A DNA stretch of 64,000 nt from Podarcis muralis (lineage: Eukaryota). The position numbers and the translations under genes were made by a program. Every line of letters begins with the position of its first letter. Position 1 is the stretch's first letter. Below are positions 47,356 through 61,415 of the stretch, one piece after another. The stretch spans positions 76,446,001-76,510,000 of the forward strand of contig NC_135657.1 in the NCBI RefSeq assembly GCF_964188315.1, written 5' to 3'. Below the pieces are notes generated by a model. That model saw nothing but the letters and a program-made list of their open reading frames with translations. It did not search any database and was not told the origin of the DNA.

Positions 47356-50300
47356 AAAAGGTAATTTTGTTGTCAGTGCAACTTTATAGCAACTCTGCTT
47401 CATTAGCAGCTGCCTTGTTTTTGGTGCTTTTGTTGTTGTTTTGTTGAACTTTGATTTTTTTTTATTAACCTGTTGTTGTAATCTTCCTTTTCTACGTTTC
47501 TGTGAGATGACAAGGAATAATATATCTAAGGAATGTGCACACTTTCATTCCCAGAACCGTTTCATGTTAATGTTTTCACACAAGTATCCTCAACATGCAC
47601 ACTGAAATGAATTTCTTGCAGCTCTTGGAAAGATTCTGCTTTCAACTATTGAGACCTAACAGGACTTTCAAAACTAACAACCTCATGTCTTTCCAACAGC
47701 CACAGAAACATATAATAGAACTTCTAAACCCGAGAGCTAGATCAAGCCATTGTGAACTTAGCCTGTCAGTGTAAATCAGCATTAGAACATCGCAACAGCT
47801 TTGCAAGAAAAACATGTCCAATGCAACACAGAGCTTGGCTCCCTTTAGGGAAGGGGAAGGTTTGGAGCTCCTTCTTGACTTCAGTCACACAATACATTCA
47901 TAATCCTGAAAAATGTACTTGTGCCTGGGAGGAATAAAATATTTTTTACTGTAAGAGGCAAACACATGGATCACCAGAAGTATGACCTGTTGGAAACTAA
48001 GGGCTCACCCACACTCCCAATTGTCCCATGCACAGAAAGCATGGGTCTGAGCAGTTTCCTGCTGGTTTCCTGTGGTTTTCTGCTTTCTAGGCTTGGTCCA
48101 AGCAATTTTGCCTTTTCCCTACCACTTTCCCGTGGAAAATCCACTCTAAATTGGACTAATTGGGCTAAATTGCACTAAATTAGAGCAAACATCAATCCAG
48201 AGAAAACCAGGTTGATGTTTGCTCTGATTCAGTGGCAATGGTTTTTGTCCTGAGGAGAAAAATGGTGAACGCTAATACTGTGAGTTTAAAACCATAAATG
48301 GCCAGAATAACTAACAAAAACAATCAAATTACCCAACTTGACAACATTTGAGTGTAATTCATCAGTCTATCTCAGTATGCTTGGTTCATGTTTTAAGCAG
48401 ACCAAACAATGATGAATAATGCACAGGGGAAGTTAATCTGCAGCCTGAGTGTTTTAATAAATAAAAGGTAACAAATCCATTCAGGTCCATGGCTTCTTGC
48501 CAACACTTGCTTTGAAAGAGAGCTGCTGTCAGTACACACAAACAGTGCTGTGAGCTTTCTGCTGCTTCCTTTTATTTGTGGTTTGTATATATTCTTGGAC
48601 ACAGAATGCTGTTGGCTTTCATGCCATGAGTACCGCAAAATAGGAAAAGTCCTTCATGAGACTAGAAAAGTCATCTCAGATGGGAGTGGGCAGAGAATCA
48701 TGGATAAGAATAAGAATAATTCACAGATTTACTTTACAGTTATGGGGCAGTGGCTACTTTCACTTCCTGTGTCTTCCTAGTGCAGTGTCCATTTTGATTA
48801 CAGCCTCATTTGGCATATTTAGATTATTTATTCCTTTGGCATCTTTGACATTCAGTTGTACTGGTTTGCTTTTCATTGCTTAATCACTGCGGGGTCCTTT
48901 TTCTTGTATAGTCAAATGTGTCACATTTGGTAATTTTATTCCGAGGCTGCTGGGTAGCTTCACAGTGGCTTATTTATTTATTTAAATTTATTACATTTGC
49001 ATACCGCCCTTCATCCGAAGATCACAGGGTGGTACACAAAATAAAGACACAAAATGCATAATAAACAAAAACCAAACCAAACCAATAGCCACCCCCCCAC
49101 ACAAAAGGACCTCACCTCTTATTCCCATGAGTGCTAAACTTGTAAGAGGCTTGAACCCTCCAAACCATGCAATACAGGGTAGGCATCTGAGTGGTTCATT
49201 GTGGGATAACTTGAGTCACTCCTTGCCAGATATCCCATTGCTGGAATCAGCTGGAAAAAGTCAAGGATGAAACCTGGTAATGTGATTTCCCCATACTGGC
49301 CCTGAAGGATGAACCACCTGCATAGCTTTAGGGGTGAAAAATGCCATTGGTAACTACGGTAGTCTATGTGATGAGCATTATCTGCATTCAACTCTAATGT
49401 GAAAACAAGGCAGTAAGAAATCAATGCTTTAAAACATGAAGTCAAAGTTGTTAGTGAAAAGCATTTCATTTTCTGTCACAGTATTGTAATCAATTGAGAG
49501 GAAGGAAAACAAAACAAGAAAGCACTTGACACTGTCATCTTAAGGACTTCCAATGTCATCAGAGAGCTCTTACTTTGACACGACTAATCCAATGCTTTAC
49601 TTTAGAGGGAAAAATGAATTGAGAGGCAGTATGCTGTCAACTTACAAGGATTAGAGATATATTAATAACAACTAATTATAGCTTCAGGCTGCAATCCTAA
49701 AAATATTTGCTTGAGAGTTAGCCTCATTGAACACAGTGAGATTTGTTTCTAAGTAAATATCCATAGGACATTACCCTCGATGAAGCATTCTTTGAAATAT
49801 TTCTTACCAAAAGAAATATGCAGGTTTTGCTGGTAAGTCCTTGTGGGCGATATATTTTCATACTGATTTCCTGCATGCTGATAGCAAAAAAAGTTCAGAT
49901 TAGTTTTACACAGGGAAACTATTATTTTATTTCTTTCCTAGTTGTGCATAAGTTGCTAATGATAATGGTGCAAATGATCCCTTAGATTAGATGAAATAGT
50001 ATTGGTCTTCTCCTTGATGGATAAAAGTTGCTAATCTAATGATTAAAATGTTATTTCGAATACCTGTTAAAAATCTATGGTTCTTTCTAAAAGAAAAATA
50101 AAAGGCCATGGCACGGAAATACATGTCTGTGAGCATACAAAATAACTACAAGGCACAATCATAACTTTACCACCTCCGCAGAGGAGCTAACTGTTAAATG
50201 GTCATTGCCTTATTCTGCTGGCTTTGGCTTCTTGCAAGGCTGGGGAGAAGAGCACTATGGACGACTCTATCTCTGAATCAGAGAAGAGATGAGATGTGTC

Positions 50301-50708
50301 TTCTAGTAACAATGATCATGAAGACCATTATGGCATTGCATGGTTGCTGGGTCATGCCTCATGAAAGGCACCAGAAATGGGCATTGTGAATTGTGATCAA
50401 GAATTGAGTGACATTGTGCGCTTGCTTTTAATAAATTAACAAGGACCGGTGGGAAACTCTTGGTTCCAGCTAGCAGCTTAACAGTAGAAATTGAACTATG
50501 TGGAGAAATGTTCAAGAAGCAGATCACATACAACACATTGCAGTTCTTCATCGTGTAGTTCTTCACTTGGAAAGTTGATGCCTGGTGGGTTTGAGGTGGT
50601 TCTGATTATTTGTGCTTACAAGGACATATTTCTAGCTTAGCTTCAACTTTAGTCAATGAGTTTTCAAACATTTTCATACATCTTAATGAATTTAGGCATG
50701 GGTTCTTA

Positions 50709-50725
50709 AAGAAGAAGAAGAAGAA

Positions 50726-50760
<35 letters not shown>

Positions 50761-50775
50761 GGAGGAGGAGGAGGA
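50709..50775. repeat. Compound (AAG)n(AGG)n microsatellite
   Basis: Visible repeat. It produces the poly-K/R and poly-F ORFs. Confidence 0.95.
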
Positions 50776-52735
50776 AGTTGGCAGCCCTATTTACATGTTT
50801 CTTAAGATAAAATTCAGAGATCATTGGGAGAGGAGAAAATGTTACTGCACTCTTTATGAGAGTGCAGCCACTTAGTATTCATGAACTGAATTTGGGATTT
50901 ATGTGCTTCAATCAACACCTAAAGGAGTTTCATTAGAGCTGATGAGGGCTAAATTCACCCCAACCCATTTAGCTACCTTTCTGGATTCCTTTTCGATTGG
51001 TATTTCTTTCACAGAGGTGGAAAGTGGCACAGGGTTGATTCTATCTTGCAGCAGGCAACTGAACTGGTATCTAGTTCCTTCCAAGTCAGCAGGCACTGCT
51101 CTGTTTGATACTAAAAATGACTTTCTCCCAATTTCCCCATTACACGTGAAAGCTGTTAATTCAGTGGATTTAAGCAATAGACATTACAGAGAACATTCAA
51201 TAATTCTATGACTTGTCCTCACAATTTTAACAGTTTGAAGGTACTGTTCTAAAGTTTTGCCAGTGCATAAAGAAGTTGTCAAGTTCCCTTGTTATTGCCA
51301 AGAGTTGCAAGGTTGTTGGTGCAATGTTGTTACGTTTATAGCACAGAAACATTGATATATATATGGGGTTAGTTTCGCTATTATGTTGCTGCTTTATTAT
51401 TCATGTTATGATGAAATTGTTTTTGTGATGGTCGATTCTGAGGTGTAACTGTCCTTTTTTTGTTGGAAGCCATTTGGGGCATGTGGGAAGGCAATAGACT
51501 AATAAAATGATGACAAACCTGTGCCCAATTGGAATTATTAAGGGTATTATCCAGTGCCTCAGCCCTACTGCCTGGGGCTTCACTGTGCCTGAGCCTGCAA
51601 CTTGCAGCTCTCCAGATGTTGTTGCATTGCATCTGTCATCATCTGTGGCCATGACGGCTGGAGTCCAACAGCATCCTTGCTTTAAGGAGTGTTTGTGCCT
51701 CCTGCCAAAGAAAGCCCAGAAGTCTAGGTCACAAAATACATAGAGATATGTGAGACAAGCAAAGCATATTATAAATTATAAGAGACAAAGACTCAGGGAA
51801 TGAGCAGAATGGCAGATCTGAAAAAGAACAATGCTACCCACATGGATGAGTTGTCTGCAGATGACAATGAAGACAAGATAAAAAACATAAATCTGACAGC
51901 AGCTTAGCCCTGAGGGAAGAGTTGAAAGTAATGGAAGACATTTTGTCTTTATCAGGCCACAAACACAATCAAATTCTCCAGTGAGTACTGTGTGCACATT
52001 GCAGAGTGAAGAGAGAAAAGTGTGAATAATGGCTTTGAAAAATCCTCAACAGCTAATGTTTGAACCATATGCTATACAACAGGCTTAATACTAAATAACT
52101 GCCTTGCTATATACCTTAAGGAACTTTTCCAGTATAAAGGAGGAGGTGAACATTTTCAGAAGATTCAGAATAAACTTGCAGTACAAGGAAAAGAAAGGCA
52201 AGGCCAAAGCTTATCTAGAATCACCAGTCTCTGAACTGAGAACCCCTCACTCACCTTAGTAGACAATAGAAGGGTCCTATGAAACAAATATGCATCAATT
52301 TTCTGTCATTGGAACTTGACAGGAAATGAATGGGTTACGTACTGGTGATAACTGATCACATACCCTGAAAAAATAAAAAATAAAAAGCCATCTACTTTGG
52401 CTCAGAAATTGTGGAATCACTATTTTGTGCATTGTGGTAGATCAAGCATTATTTATTCCATTCAAGGACATGACTTTGAAAGTAGCCTCTGAATTGATTT
52501 TATGTATGTGCTTTTTTAAAGCTGTTTTTATTTTCATAGTTATTTTTAATTGTTTTCATATGTAAACTGTGTTAATATACACAAATGTTCAGTATATGCC
52601 ATTGCGTTATAAATTGCTTTGACATGCCTCATGGGAAATGATTCATCAATGAAATAAACAACAACAAATGTCATGTTTGAGCCCTTTCTCCCGCTATTTG
52701 ACATGGAACAAATTTGGAAGAGTAGACCATTAAAA

Positions 52736-52980
52736 GAGTAGACCACCTCCAGAGAAGACTCCCTGGAAAAGACCCTGATGTTGGGAAAGATTGAGGGCAC
52801 AAGGAGAAGGGGACGATGGAGGACGAGATGGTTGGACAGTGTTCTCGAAGCTACCAGCATGAGTTTGACCAAACTGCGGGAGGCAGTGGAAGACAGGAGT
52901 GCCTGGCATGCTCTGGTCCATGGGGTCACGAAGAGTCGGACACGACTAAACGACTAAACAACAACAATAACAACAACAAC
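52736..52980 (+). mobile_element. BovB (RTE) LINE, 5'-truncated 3' end
   Basis: Frame DSLEKTLMLGKIEGTRRRG..RWLD..EAVEDRSAWHALVHGVTKSRTRLND*, then a (caa)n tail. TSD agaccattaaaa (52724-52735, 52981-52992). Confidence 0.95.
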
Positions 52981-54099
52981 AGACCATTAAAAAGTGTTGC
53001 TATTACAGAACACACACACACACACACAACTGCATTTAATTCCTATTGGCTGTTGCTCACATGGTTCTCTCTTGGAAAGTTTTCTTCAGTTTTTAAGTCA
53101 GGCTAATCCCTGTGCAGTGAGGTGCTGTTGTGCTGTGCTATACATCAGCTTGCCAGCAATTCATTTTCATATATCTTTAGATTGTTTTACGTAAACATTT
53201 ATCAAGTTAAAATAGGCATCCAAGAGTTTGACCACCAACTTTATAAGAGGTAATTGTGATGCACTGTCATTTTTCAATGCAAGCACACATTTGATGGACA
53301 CTTGGGGAAAGATGCCTAAAGGCGTATATGAGAATGTATAATGCATAGCAATGCTCTGCTGTACTCATCACCTAGCAGAAGGTCACCAGGTACCACATCA
53401 CTGAAATTCTGATTGAGGATTCAGTTCAGGATTACTACTGGGGGGGGGGACAGATTCCCCCCCCCCTTTCCATTTGCATTACTACATTATGCACAGTACA
53501 GGTTTCACCTTGTATCTTCAAGTACACTTTTACCCATTCTTGAGTATAACATCTAGTAAGAAAGAGCCTGATGAAAATCCCATTGAAGGCACCTCATAAA
53601 TCAGGCCTCTTTTTGAATATACATACATGAGGTTTATAACTTCATGCTATGGTAATTTCATAGTACTTTATATCCAGAGATTTCATAACAAAAGCAATGT
53701 TTGCTATTTTAAATCTTTTTTCTTAAATGTTGGACTTTCTGAACAAAACATGTCCTTGACGTGATGGCAGTCATTCCATTAGTGCAAGCCTTTTAGCATG
53801 CTGAAGAGAAGGACACTTCTCTCCTCCCCACAATGTTGTTTTGGGGATTCTCCTGAGCCGCCCCCCCCAACCCATTTTGGGGGCATGGGGAAGGAAAGGA
53901 GGAAGCCTCATTGTGTTAGTAGAAGTTCCTGTGCAGGTTTCTGCTAGCAGGACTAGTTAATTGAATTCCACCCATTAAATGTAAGTTGAGAGGTTACTTT
54001 ATTCTACCTAATAAGAATATGAGATCTCTTGTGCATGGATGACATCATACTGACTTTGATCTACCCTAAAAGATCAATCCATGAAAAATTCTGGAAACA

Positions 54100-55470
54100 T
54101 ACAGTCAGCCTTCAGGATAAAAAACATGAATGGTTCAGTATCAACTGTCTGCCAGACCAACTGGGGAAAATCTCAAACTATAACAGTATACAATGAAATG
54201 ATATTCCAATAACATATTTAGGAGTTTGGCTATATCTTGATCTGCAAGACATAAAAGAGCATGACTTTGAAAAAATGGCATCACAAACTGAGAAAGTAGT
54301 GGAACAATGGGGAAGACACTCGTCATCCTTTGGAAAGAAAGCTGCATCGTATATAATTATTTTTCCTGAAATCTTATTTTCACTGCAAACTTTATTTCTA
54401 GAAGTAGAAAATAACAAATTAGCAAAGGGAAAGCATGAAATTTATTTGGTCAAGTAAGCCTCAACTGTGAATGAAAACCTTTATCAAAAAACTAATAAAG
54501 GTGGATTTGGCATCCCTGAAATTATAAGGTGTTATGAAGCAGTAAAAATAGCAATGATTGGTAGCTGGTTTGAAGATATTCAAGTAAATAGAGCAGAACA
54601 AGTAATAAATAAGAAACAAATATGGCAAATATTTTGGTTCAAACCAAGGATGCACACTCTTGATTCCAACAGTCTCTCATCAACAAAAGCAGTTATCAAA
54701 GTGCAGTGCTAACTTCAACCAAAATTGGCTCCTGAAATCTCCTCTCCTATCTCTTATCAAATGAATTCCCAGGAAGAACAATACAGTATATTATAGACTT
54801 TTCATCTTTGTCTGAAACGAAAAAAGTTGCACTTCTCCTGCTGGTTCAATGATGCAAATGGATCTTACAGTACTTTCAATTGAGACATACTGCAGAACAA
54901 CTACAAACTAAATATGGTCTTTGTTGAACACTTACACCTTTTGAAATTTTGTTTCCAATCTGAATCAAAAGACAGCAATCAGTAACATCTATTTCCTTAT
55001 GTCTGAAATAAAATTAAATCTATTACACCCATCTTTTAAGAAATAAAACTGGGGTGTGTGTGCTAACAAGTGATAATTGATAAATAAAATATAATGAATG
55101 GGCTTGGATCATTAAAACAGTTATATCATTCGTGATAAAGAAAGTCTCTTCAATATATCAGTGACATCTTACTCCGTACAAGCTGGCTAAAATCTATAAA
55201 ATGAATCTGAATTGATGGAGATGCAGGAACACTAAGTAGAATTTGTAGACGTGTTTTGGTCCTGTAGCAAAATAAACCATTTCTGAAATATAATATTTGA
55301 AACAATATTGTGGAGTATAACCAAACAAGAAACTCTAAAACTCTTTTGTTTGGCATAATACAAACAGAAGACAGGAACATGGACTACCAGTTAGTCAGAA
55401 GCTTGAGTAGTATGAAATTGCACAGTACTGGAAAAATGAAGACTCTCCACCAGTAAACAACTGGACACCT
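54100..55470 (+). mobile_element. Old L1/Tx1-type LINE ORF2 fragment, heavily decayed
   Basis: Successive motifs ITYLGVWL, EQWGRHSSSFGKKA..IFPEILFSLQTL (cf. W..LSLLGRI..LP.LLFLFQTL) and LYQKTNKGGFGIPEIIRCYEA (cf. GGLGLP..YY.A). Confidence 0.7.
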
Positions 55471-56789
55471 TCATCTGTCCCAGCTGCAACAAGACATATC
55501 TCTCCCATTTTGGTTTCTAAAGCCATAGTAGGCAATATAACTGTCCAACAGTTCCTCGTCTCCTAGCAGCCCCAGCCATCTAAGTTAGTGGCCATCAAAA
55601 TATTTTGTGGCATTGAATTTTGTGAATAAATAATGAATTTTATGACTTTCTTTTGTCTGTCCTAACTCTACTGTCATTTAGTTTCATTAAGTGACCCCCC
55701 CCCCCATGTTTTAATTATCAAGGAAGCAGATTTTTCCTGTGTATTTGCTCAACAACATTCACAATTTCTCTCTGATATTCTCCTTTTGTTGCTCCCCAAC
55801 AAAACTAAATGCACTAAGATTTTCCATAAAACGTTGTTGTCTTGTGCACATTCCTATTCAGACATCCTCCTGCATACAGGAGATGCACTCATGTATCCAA
55901 TTTTCACCATATGATGTGAAGTGTGAAACCACAACTATGTACTTTGTGACACATAAATGAAAATCAAAAGTAGTGATGCAATTCCGGAATAAAACTATGA
56001 AATTAGCTGAAATATTAATATTACTCATTGATTTTTATTGAAGACAGGGATGCACTCGGATTCTAACCACCACCAGATCCTTTAGATTGTCTCTGCTCCC
56101 TCCCTGGGTCAACAGTCAGGCTATCCTCCAAAAATATTAATCAAGATAATAACTGAGCTTGAAACTGCCCTTTGTTATGATAGCAATATTTTTGCTTTTA
56201 AACAGTTACCTCAGAAAAACAAAATATGGTGCTAATGGCTTCCACTTGTAGGCACATAACATCATTTCTTTGAATGCAGACCTGTTGCTAGGCCATGAAT
56301 TGTGCTTAATTACACAGGCATGAGGCACTCATTCACCCAGCTGTAGTCTCATTTAGAAAAAAACATGGCTGGCACTAGTATATCCAAGAATGTTTCGCCC
56401 CAGCAGGATGCCTGGAGTAAAAACCTCCTTTGGCCTTGAGGAACTGCTATACAGGTTAGAGTTTTACGGGGGAGTTTTCAGGGGAGTTTTTTTGTGAAAA
56501 GAGTCTGAAGGAAGAATGGAAGAGATGAGAAAGAAAAGTGACCAATGAGACCATGGAGAGCAGCAGCAGCAGCCTCAACAAAAGTACCTGCAGAAGACAG
56601 TGGATGAAAGAGAACTGCCAAGCACTGATAGGAGATGGAGCAGTTGCAGGCTGCATACATGCCATACATTTACCGGTAAGCATAATTCTATCCCTGTTCT
56701 TCTCCTCTGAAGTCAACTCAAGTTCCACTGCTGACTCCGCTGATGGTGCCTCATTCTATAGCATATAGCAGATGTCAAAACAATAAACA

Positions 56790-56934
56790 ACTACCTGACA
56801 TTCAGAAGACATCTTAAGGCAGCCCTGTTCAGGGAAGTTTTTAATGTATGATATTTTAGTGTTTTTTGGTTTCTATGGAAGCCGCCCAGAGTGGCTGGGG
56901 AAACCCAGCCAGATGGGCGGGGTACAAATAATAA

Positions 56935-56987
<53 letters not shown>
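56790..56987 (+). mobile_element. L2-type LINE 3' tail ending in (ATT)n
   Basis: cattcagaagacatcttaaggcagccctgttcagggaag...gccgcccagagtggctggggaaacccagccagatgggcggggtacaaataa(att)n. Confidence 0.9.
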
Positions 56988-57064
56988 CTCTCATCCCTTT
57001 AAATGAATCAAAATGTTACGTAGTTGCAGCAACATTCGAGTCTTGGTTTGCTTTCATTTCATTA

Positions 57065-57315
57065 GGAGCCAGTGTGGTGTAGTGGTTAAGAGTGGGAGAC
57101 TTGTAATCTGGGGAACCGGGTTCGCGTCTCCGCTCCTCCACATGCAGCTGCTGGGTGACCTTGGGCTAGTCACACTTCTTTGAAGTCTCTCAGCCCCACT
57201 CACCTCACAGAGTGTTTGTTGTGGGGGAGGAAGGGAAAGGAGAATGTTAGCCGCTTTGAGACTCCTTCGAGTAGTGATAAAGTGGGATATCAAATCCAAA
57301 CTCTTCTTCTTCTTC
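57065..57315 (+). mobile_element. MIR/Ther1-derived squamate SINE (Squam3-type)
   Basis: ggagccagtgtggtgtagtggttaagag...gggttcgcgtctcc...aaatccaaact(ctt)n. Confidence 0.92.
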
Positions 57316-60209
57316 ATTTGCCTTTTTCCCCCCTTGCTATTTCTCCTATCCTGGATCCTGTTCTGTTCTGGATCCTGTTCTGGATCCTGTTCTGTCAGTT
57401 AAGTTGCCAGCAGCAGCATTCTTTTCCACCTTTGGTCGTCGAAGTCACCAGTCTGAGGTAATCTTTTACAATTATTGAAGCATTTGGAGATCCTTTAAGT
57501 CTTCCTCCATTAGCCTTGTCTGTTGCTGCTGCTAAACACCTTATAATACGGCTGTTACGTATATCAGCAAGTGCAGGCTTCAGGTGGGTGGGTAGATGGG
57601 GGGAAGAAGAGAATTTATGTCACCACCAGTGCTTCTTTGGAAACACTTTAGCCCAAGATTATGTTTTAAAAATCTGTTTATTTACTTGAATTATTCCTCT
57701 TGATTCTGCCTTCCCCGACTCTTTAGATGGTTCTCTAGTAGTTCTCCAAGCATGCTACTTTGGATACTGCCATTATCCTGATTCATCTAGCTCACAACAG
57801 TCTTGAAACCTAGGTTCCATAGCAGAACAAGTGGCTGTGCCAGTAGGGAAAGTGGAGGTTTTTCTTTCTTTCGGGGTAAAATTAAATTTATTATAATTTA
57901 ATTATTTTAAACACCACCTTTTAGAACAAGAAACACACCCACGGTGGCTTACAATAACTAAAAAAAAAACCACCAATAGTTTGAATACATTTTTTAAAAA
58001 GTCATGAACAGAAACCAGAGTAACCACCGCCTCTGCCAAAACCAACAAGGAACAAGGGGGGGGGGGGCAGCCAACAGCCTACTTCCACTTCCATACCAGG
58101 CCACCCCTTCCCTTTCCTGCTCGCTGCAGCTCCCACTTTCCCACAAAGTCTGCTCCAAAGGGTTGGGGTCTATTCTGGATCAGATTGGAGAGGGGCACAC
58201 AAAAAATAGGAAAGGGAATTGCACCCTTCAACAGTAGGAATGGCCTTATTAATTGTAGTAATGGATAGCCAATTAGCTACTGGGCTAAGATCAAGGTGCT
58301 GTGCTGGGGCATTTTTTGTTCAGCATGGCAACAACTTTTCAAAAGCATGTTTTGTCCTTTTAAACACTCTCACACCAAAAAAAAGGGAAAAAGGAAACCC
58401 ATTAAAATCACCACTCCATTCTTGTTTGATGCTACTGCTTTCTTTCTCAAGCTCAATAAAAAACCTCCCATTTCATGCCATGACTGAAAGCCTCTGGATG
58501 TGGGTGACCTCCTGCATGGGCTCCATTTCACAGCATTGGCCAGTGGCTTCCTTTGAACCAAGAAACTCCTCTGCCATCCTGCCGTTCAGCTGGGTATCCA
58601 CACCAGAGCCATCCCAAGCTCCATTCGCCTTCCTAATCAGCCACACAACATTTCTAGTAATGGTCAGTGCCCATGCAGGATTTTATTTAAAAGGAGTACT
58701 AAATATTCAATAATGATTTGGTCTAGGCTAACCTTCCAGGTGTCTATGAAGTTGGTTTCTTTCTTTCTTTTTTAATCCTTGGGGTTGCGGAGAGGTCAGC
58801 CTTTCAAGATCAGGCTGAACCATTCTACAGTCATGCAAATTTCATGGTGCTGTCTCCTTGGTGGGACCCCACCTATTTGGCATGCTCATTGCTCCACCTA
58901 CTGTCTTTCTTTGTACAGACCTGCTGGATTTTAATTCCTTGCATGGTTCCTAATGATCATACTTGCCTTGTTCTGGTGAAAAAAAGATCTCATCTCTTGG
59001 CTGCAAGCTGCTTTCCATAGGTCATGCCTCCCAATGCACACAAAGATAATAATATTGAATATAAAACATGTGCTTATGTGCTTTGATTGACCAGGATGAG
59101 AATGAACTGCACCATCCAAGCTCTGCCCCTTTAGCTGTCCTACACAAATAGATATTGTTTAACATTCTCCGTAGGAAATGTTCAAATGTCCCTTGACAAC
59201 ATCCAGGGCATTCTGTAAATGTGTTCAGCTGTATTGTTTTTAAACCTTGGCATATTCTTGTAGCAGAGCGAAAGGTACTGCTCCATTTACAAATGCATTA
59301 CAAATCCAATTAAGGAGATGGAACAGCTGAAATTCTTTTCACATTTGCGATCAAAACTAGCTTTGCAATGCTATTTAATTTTTCTTTCTCTCCCTCACCT
59401 AGTGTGGAAGAACACAGACACTTCTAGCCAATATATTCTTGGTGATTTGCGCCCCCCCCCCCCCATCACAGTCAAGTAGAAGCTATCAAGTAACAACGAT
59501 AACTGTGATTTTAATCAAAATATTATGGAGAATCTAATATCAGGAATACTGACATCTGCTCAATTCTTTGAGCATCTTAGTATTTGTTGAAAATGGATAT
59601 ACATATCTGCACATAAAATGACCTAAGTTGCTATGAATCACTTACATAGCACTTTTATAACCCGATGCTAAGGGACATTTTTCATGCTCCTTTTCCTTGC
59701 ACATGGTCTTGAGAAGCTTGCCAGGAAGCAGCTGGAAGATGCACATCTATATAACTTAAAGATGTCAGGTGTTTGTCTTGGATGACCCCCATGATAAACT
59801 GATTGCCTAAATGTGGGCGGGGGGGGGGGGGGCTAAAGAGATCTGCATTGTCAGCTCTCAGGTTCTGGATTTGTGCATCTTCTGAGAACTAAGGCATGGT
59901 AGGGAAATTAATATTAAATGGTGCCTTGTGGTTTTTCTGCTCCTGTAGCAGGAAAGAGCAGTTTACATGGCCCCATCTGGGGTCCACAACTTTGCCATCT
60001 CTCTTAATTATCTATTCCCACCCCCCTTTCCCCCCCCTCAAGGTTTGTACTGAGTGGTTCTTTTCACTGCCCTGCTCATTCTGCACACACACCCATTTTT
60101 CTTTTCCTTCTCTCATCAAGACTCTTCCTTTCAATAACCAAATGGAGATGTTTCCCTTAAATCAGTGAACAGGCTGACTACCCCATGTATATATTTTATG
60201 TATTATTAT

Positions 60210-60407
60210 TTCTTACATTTATGTCCCACTTTCCCCTCATGTTGCTCAAGGTGGTATCCATGGTTTTCCACATCTTACTCCCACAACAATCCTGTGAGAC
60301 TCAGAGACAGTGACTGACACAATAGTATCCAGCATGGCCAAGTGCAGATTTGAACCCTGATCTCACTGGTCCTAGTATAACACTTTAACCATGGCACCAC
60401 AATGGTA
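60210..60407 (-). mobile_element. Old MIR-like SINE
   Basis: cacaacaatcctgtgag..gagacagtgactgac..gatttgaaccctgatctc..cactttaaccatggcaccaca. Confidence 0.65.
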
Positions 60408-60754
60408 AATTAGAGTTTGTGATGCAGTTTTCTGACTGATACTTAAATCTCAGTGTTACAAAGCTTGACATATAGCTGTTATCAGAAGCAGCTGTACTGT
60501 CACAAATACTCTAAGGATGGACAAACACCAAACTCCATTAGTTACAGTCTGAAAAATAGAATCTTCTGGACTCTTTACCTCAAGTATCACATTTATGGTG
60601 TACATCACACACACAGACAGGGTTTCAGACAGAAGTGTTTCCCAGCCCTACCTGGAAAACCAAGGTTTGAACCTGGCACCTTCTGCATGCAAAGCTGCAA
60701 GGCAGATTCTGTACCTTTGAGCTATGGTCCAATCCTTTAGCAGTTGGTCAGCAG

Positions 60755-61415
60755 CTGTACATGAATCTGCAAGGTGATGCAGTTGCTAAACAAGCTAATG
60801 CAGTCTTAGATGGCAGTGGCAGAAGCACCATGTCCTTAGCATGAGAAGTAATAGGTAAAGGGACCCCTGACTATTAGGTCCAGTTGCAGACGACTCTGGG
60901 GTTGTGGTGCTCATCTCACTTTACTGGATAAGGGAGACGGCGTACAGCTTCTGGGTCATGTGGCCAGCATGACTGAGCTGCTTCTGGCGAACCAGAGCAG
61001 TGCACGGAAACGCCGTTTATCTTCTCACTGGAGCGGTACCTATTTATCTACTTGCACTTCGTGCTTTCGAACTGCTAGGTTGGCAGGAGCAGGGCCCGAG
61101 CAATGGGAGCTCACCCCGTCGCCAGGATTCGAACCACCAACCTTCTGATCGGCAAGCCCTAGGCTCTGTGATTTAACCCACAGCGCCACCTGCGTCCCTA
61201 TGAGAAGTAATAGTTCCACTCTATTCTGTGCTGGCCAGACCACAACTGAAGTTCTTTGCTCAGTTCTGGGCATCACATTTTAAGAAGAGCATTGACAAAC
61301 TAGAAGCATGTCCATTGGAAGGCAACTAGGAATGGGGATGGGTCTGAAAACCAAATCCTATGAAGAACAATTGAAAAAACTGGGTACATTTAGTCAGGAA
61401 AAGAGAAAATTTAAG
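60755..61415 (+). mobile_element. CR1 ORF2 fragment split by a Sauria SINE
   Basis: aagctaatgcagtcttag..gagaagtaatag | ttccactctattctgtgctggccagaccaca..attgacaaactaga..tcctatgaagaacaattg. Confidence 0.8.
60855..61198 (-). mobile_element. Sauria-type SINE
   Basis: Full body. TSD atgagaagtaatag (60841-60854, 61200-61213). Confidence 0.95.

Noticed and set aside
48182-48225. Perfect 14-bp stem hairpin
   Set aside because: It lies in what looks like an old palindromic MITE remnant, with no evidence for a structured RNA.
50606-50824. Poly-Lys/Arg and poly-Phe ORFs
   Set aside because: Translations of the (AAG)n(AGG)n microsatellite.
50903-51211. Overlapping ~90-100 aa ORFs on both strands
   Set aside because: No recognisable domain or convincing splice pair; the length is compatible with chance.
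3360-61198. Strand bias of Sauria SINEs (6 minus, 2 plus) as a hint of host transcription direction
   Set aside because: The sample is too small to be meaningful, and the other retroelements are mixed.
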